Shown: one piece after another, positions 62,881 through 64,000 of the stretch
How the letters are laid out: each line of letters starts with the position of its first letter
How positions within the stretch are numbered: position 1 is the stretch's first letter
Source: Yuukianura sp. NJ FZ-2021
Taxonomy: Eukaryota
Assembly (NCBI GenBank): GCA_046563655.1
Contig: CM102284.1
Coordinates: 992,001-1,056,000 of the forward strand
DNA length: 64,000 bases
Direction of reading: 5' to 3'
Position numbers and translations under genes: made by a program
The notes under the pieces: model-generated
What the model was told of the DNA's origin: nothing
Databases searched by the model: none
Seen by the model: the letters and a program-made list of their open reading frames with translations, nothing else

Positions 62881-64000
62881 TTTATGTTTTTTATCTTTCA
62901 TTTCACTTTTTTGAGCAAAGTTAAGCCATATGAGTTTCATCAAGCCTCAGAAGGTAGACTGAGGTTTGTGATTGGCTGAAAGCCAACTCGGTGTGAGCTT
63001 AATTGCTCATCACCTTCTGCTTACAGCTTTCGGTTTCGCTCACTTTCACTGTGGTTTATGTCTAAAGAAACCTTCAAAACGAAAGATTTTACGACGTGCG
63101 AATCCTCCTTTTCGCTTCGTAATAAAGGAAAAGTTTTCCGTTTTCTCAAGAAATTTCTTTGTTATCTTCCCCCATAAACGCCAACTAAACATTCCTAAAC
63201 TTGAGACTTTTCAGCCTTAGTTCCAGATTCCAGCGATTAAAACGCTGCAGAAACCTTTCTAGAAGCCATTACCGTAAAACTTCTAATAAGCTCCCAGGCT
63301 TGTATTTCAAATTCAAAATTTTACTCCGGGAATCGCTGGATACCCGGCTGTTTTTAGCTCCTGTGGTTACAGACTTGGTATTTGTTGGAATACTGGCGCT
63401 TACTTGTATATGGGCTTTATTAGAGCTTTTACGGTACATGATCAGCGCTTTCTTCTCATCGCTTTGTCACTTTCTGGAATTACTGTAAGCTTTCACTTCG
63501 AAGTGACTTTTGCCGAGTAACTTACACCTTGAGAGCCATTCATTTTTCATGCTCCTGGTTCTGGACGAGTGCCAAAGTGTAGAAAGCCTTACCCAATATT
63601 TATCTTCACACGTTACTCTAAACCCACTGACTAATGTTTCAAATTCTAAGCTAAAATGGTATCAGAAACTTTGTAAATTTTTTAACTTTTCTGAAAGTTT
63701 TTCGTTTAAAGTGAAAAATTTGGAGGAACATCGAAAAGCTACAAAGTTTTATCAACTTTTTCCAAAAATGATAAAACCGGCCATCTTAAACGAATTTCTT
63801 ACCCAAATTTTTGATGAATTGAGACAATGATATGAAGTCACGTATGAAATTTAATTTGATACTTTTCTTCAGTTTTGAAATTTCCGAAATTTGGAAAAGT
63901 CATTTTCAAAAAGCTTAAATAGAACTGGACTTGAATGTTACAGATACAACCTTACTTGAAACTTAAACCTCCAAATATTTCTCAAAATTCAAATTCTCAA

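Noticed and set aside
63200..63620. GC-richer, coding-like patch near the window end
   Set aside because: Interrupted by stops and has no recognisable domain; at most a relic.

Overview
AT-rich eukaryotic genomic DNA with short spliceosomal introns, from an arthropod; a hexapod such as a springtail is my inference from the gene families. The ORF track is mostly exon fragments or noise, so I spliced the genes by hand. In order along the window: two tandem GMC oxidoreductases sharing a near-identical ~260-bp tract, a Cip/Kip (dacapo-like) CDK inhibitor whose PIP degron is split by an intron, an odorant-binding-protein-like gene, TatD DNase, a 107-aa secreted saposin-like protein that is absent from the ORF track, a UDP-glycosyltransferase, an intronless divergent ionotropic-receptor-like gene broken by a hAT-type MITE and a frameshift, an orphan single-pass membrane protein, a compact tropomyosin with a GC-AG intron, a second ionotropic-receptor-like gene, Sans/USH1G, a tektin with an RFX X-box upstream, and an allatostatin-A receptor. 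Repeats include about 15 tRNA-like SINE heads, several MITE families (two carrying internal satellites, one a TGCGCA-palindrome array with about 20 MRE-core motifs) and a pre-miRNA-like hairpin. I saw no CRISPR arrays, rRNA or prokaryotic systems. Exon boundaries and identities were read by eye, with no database searches.
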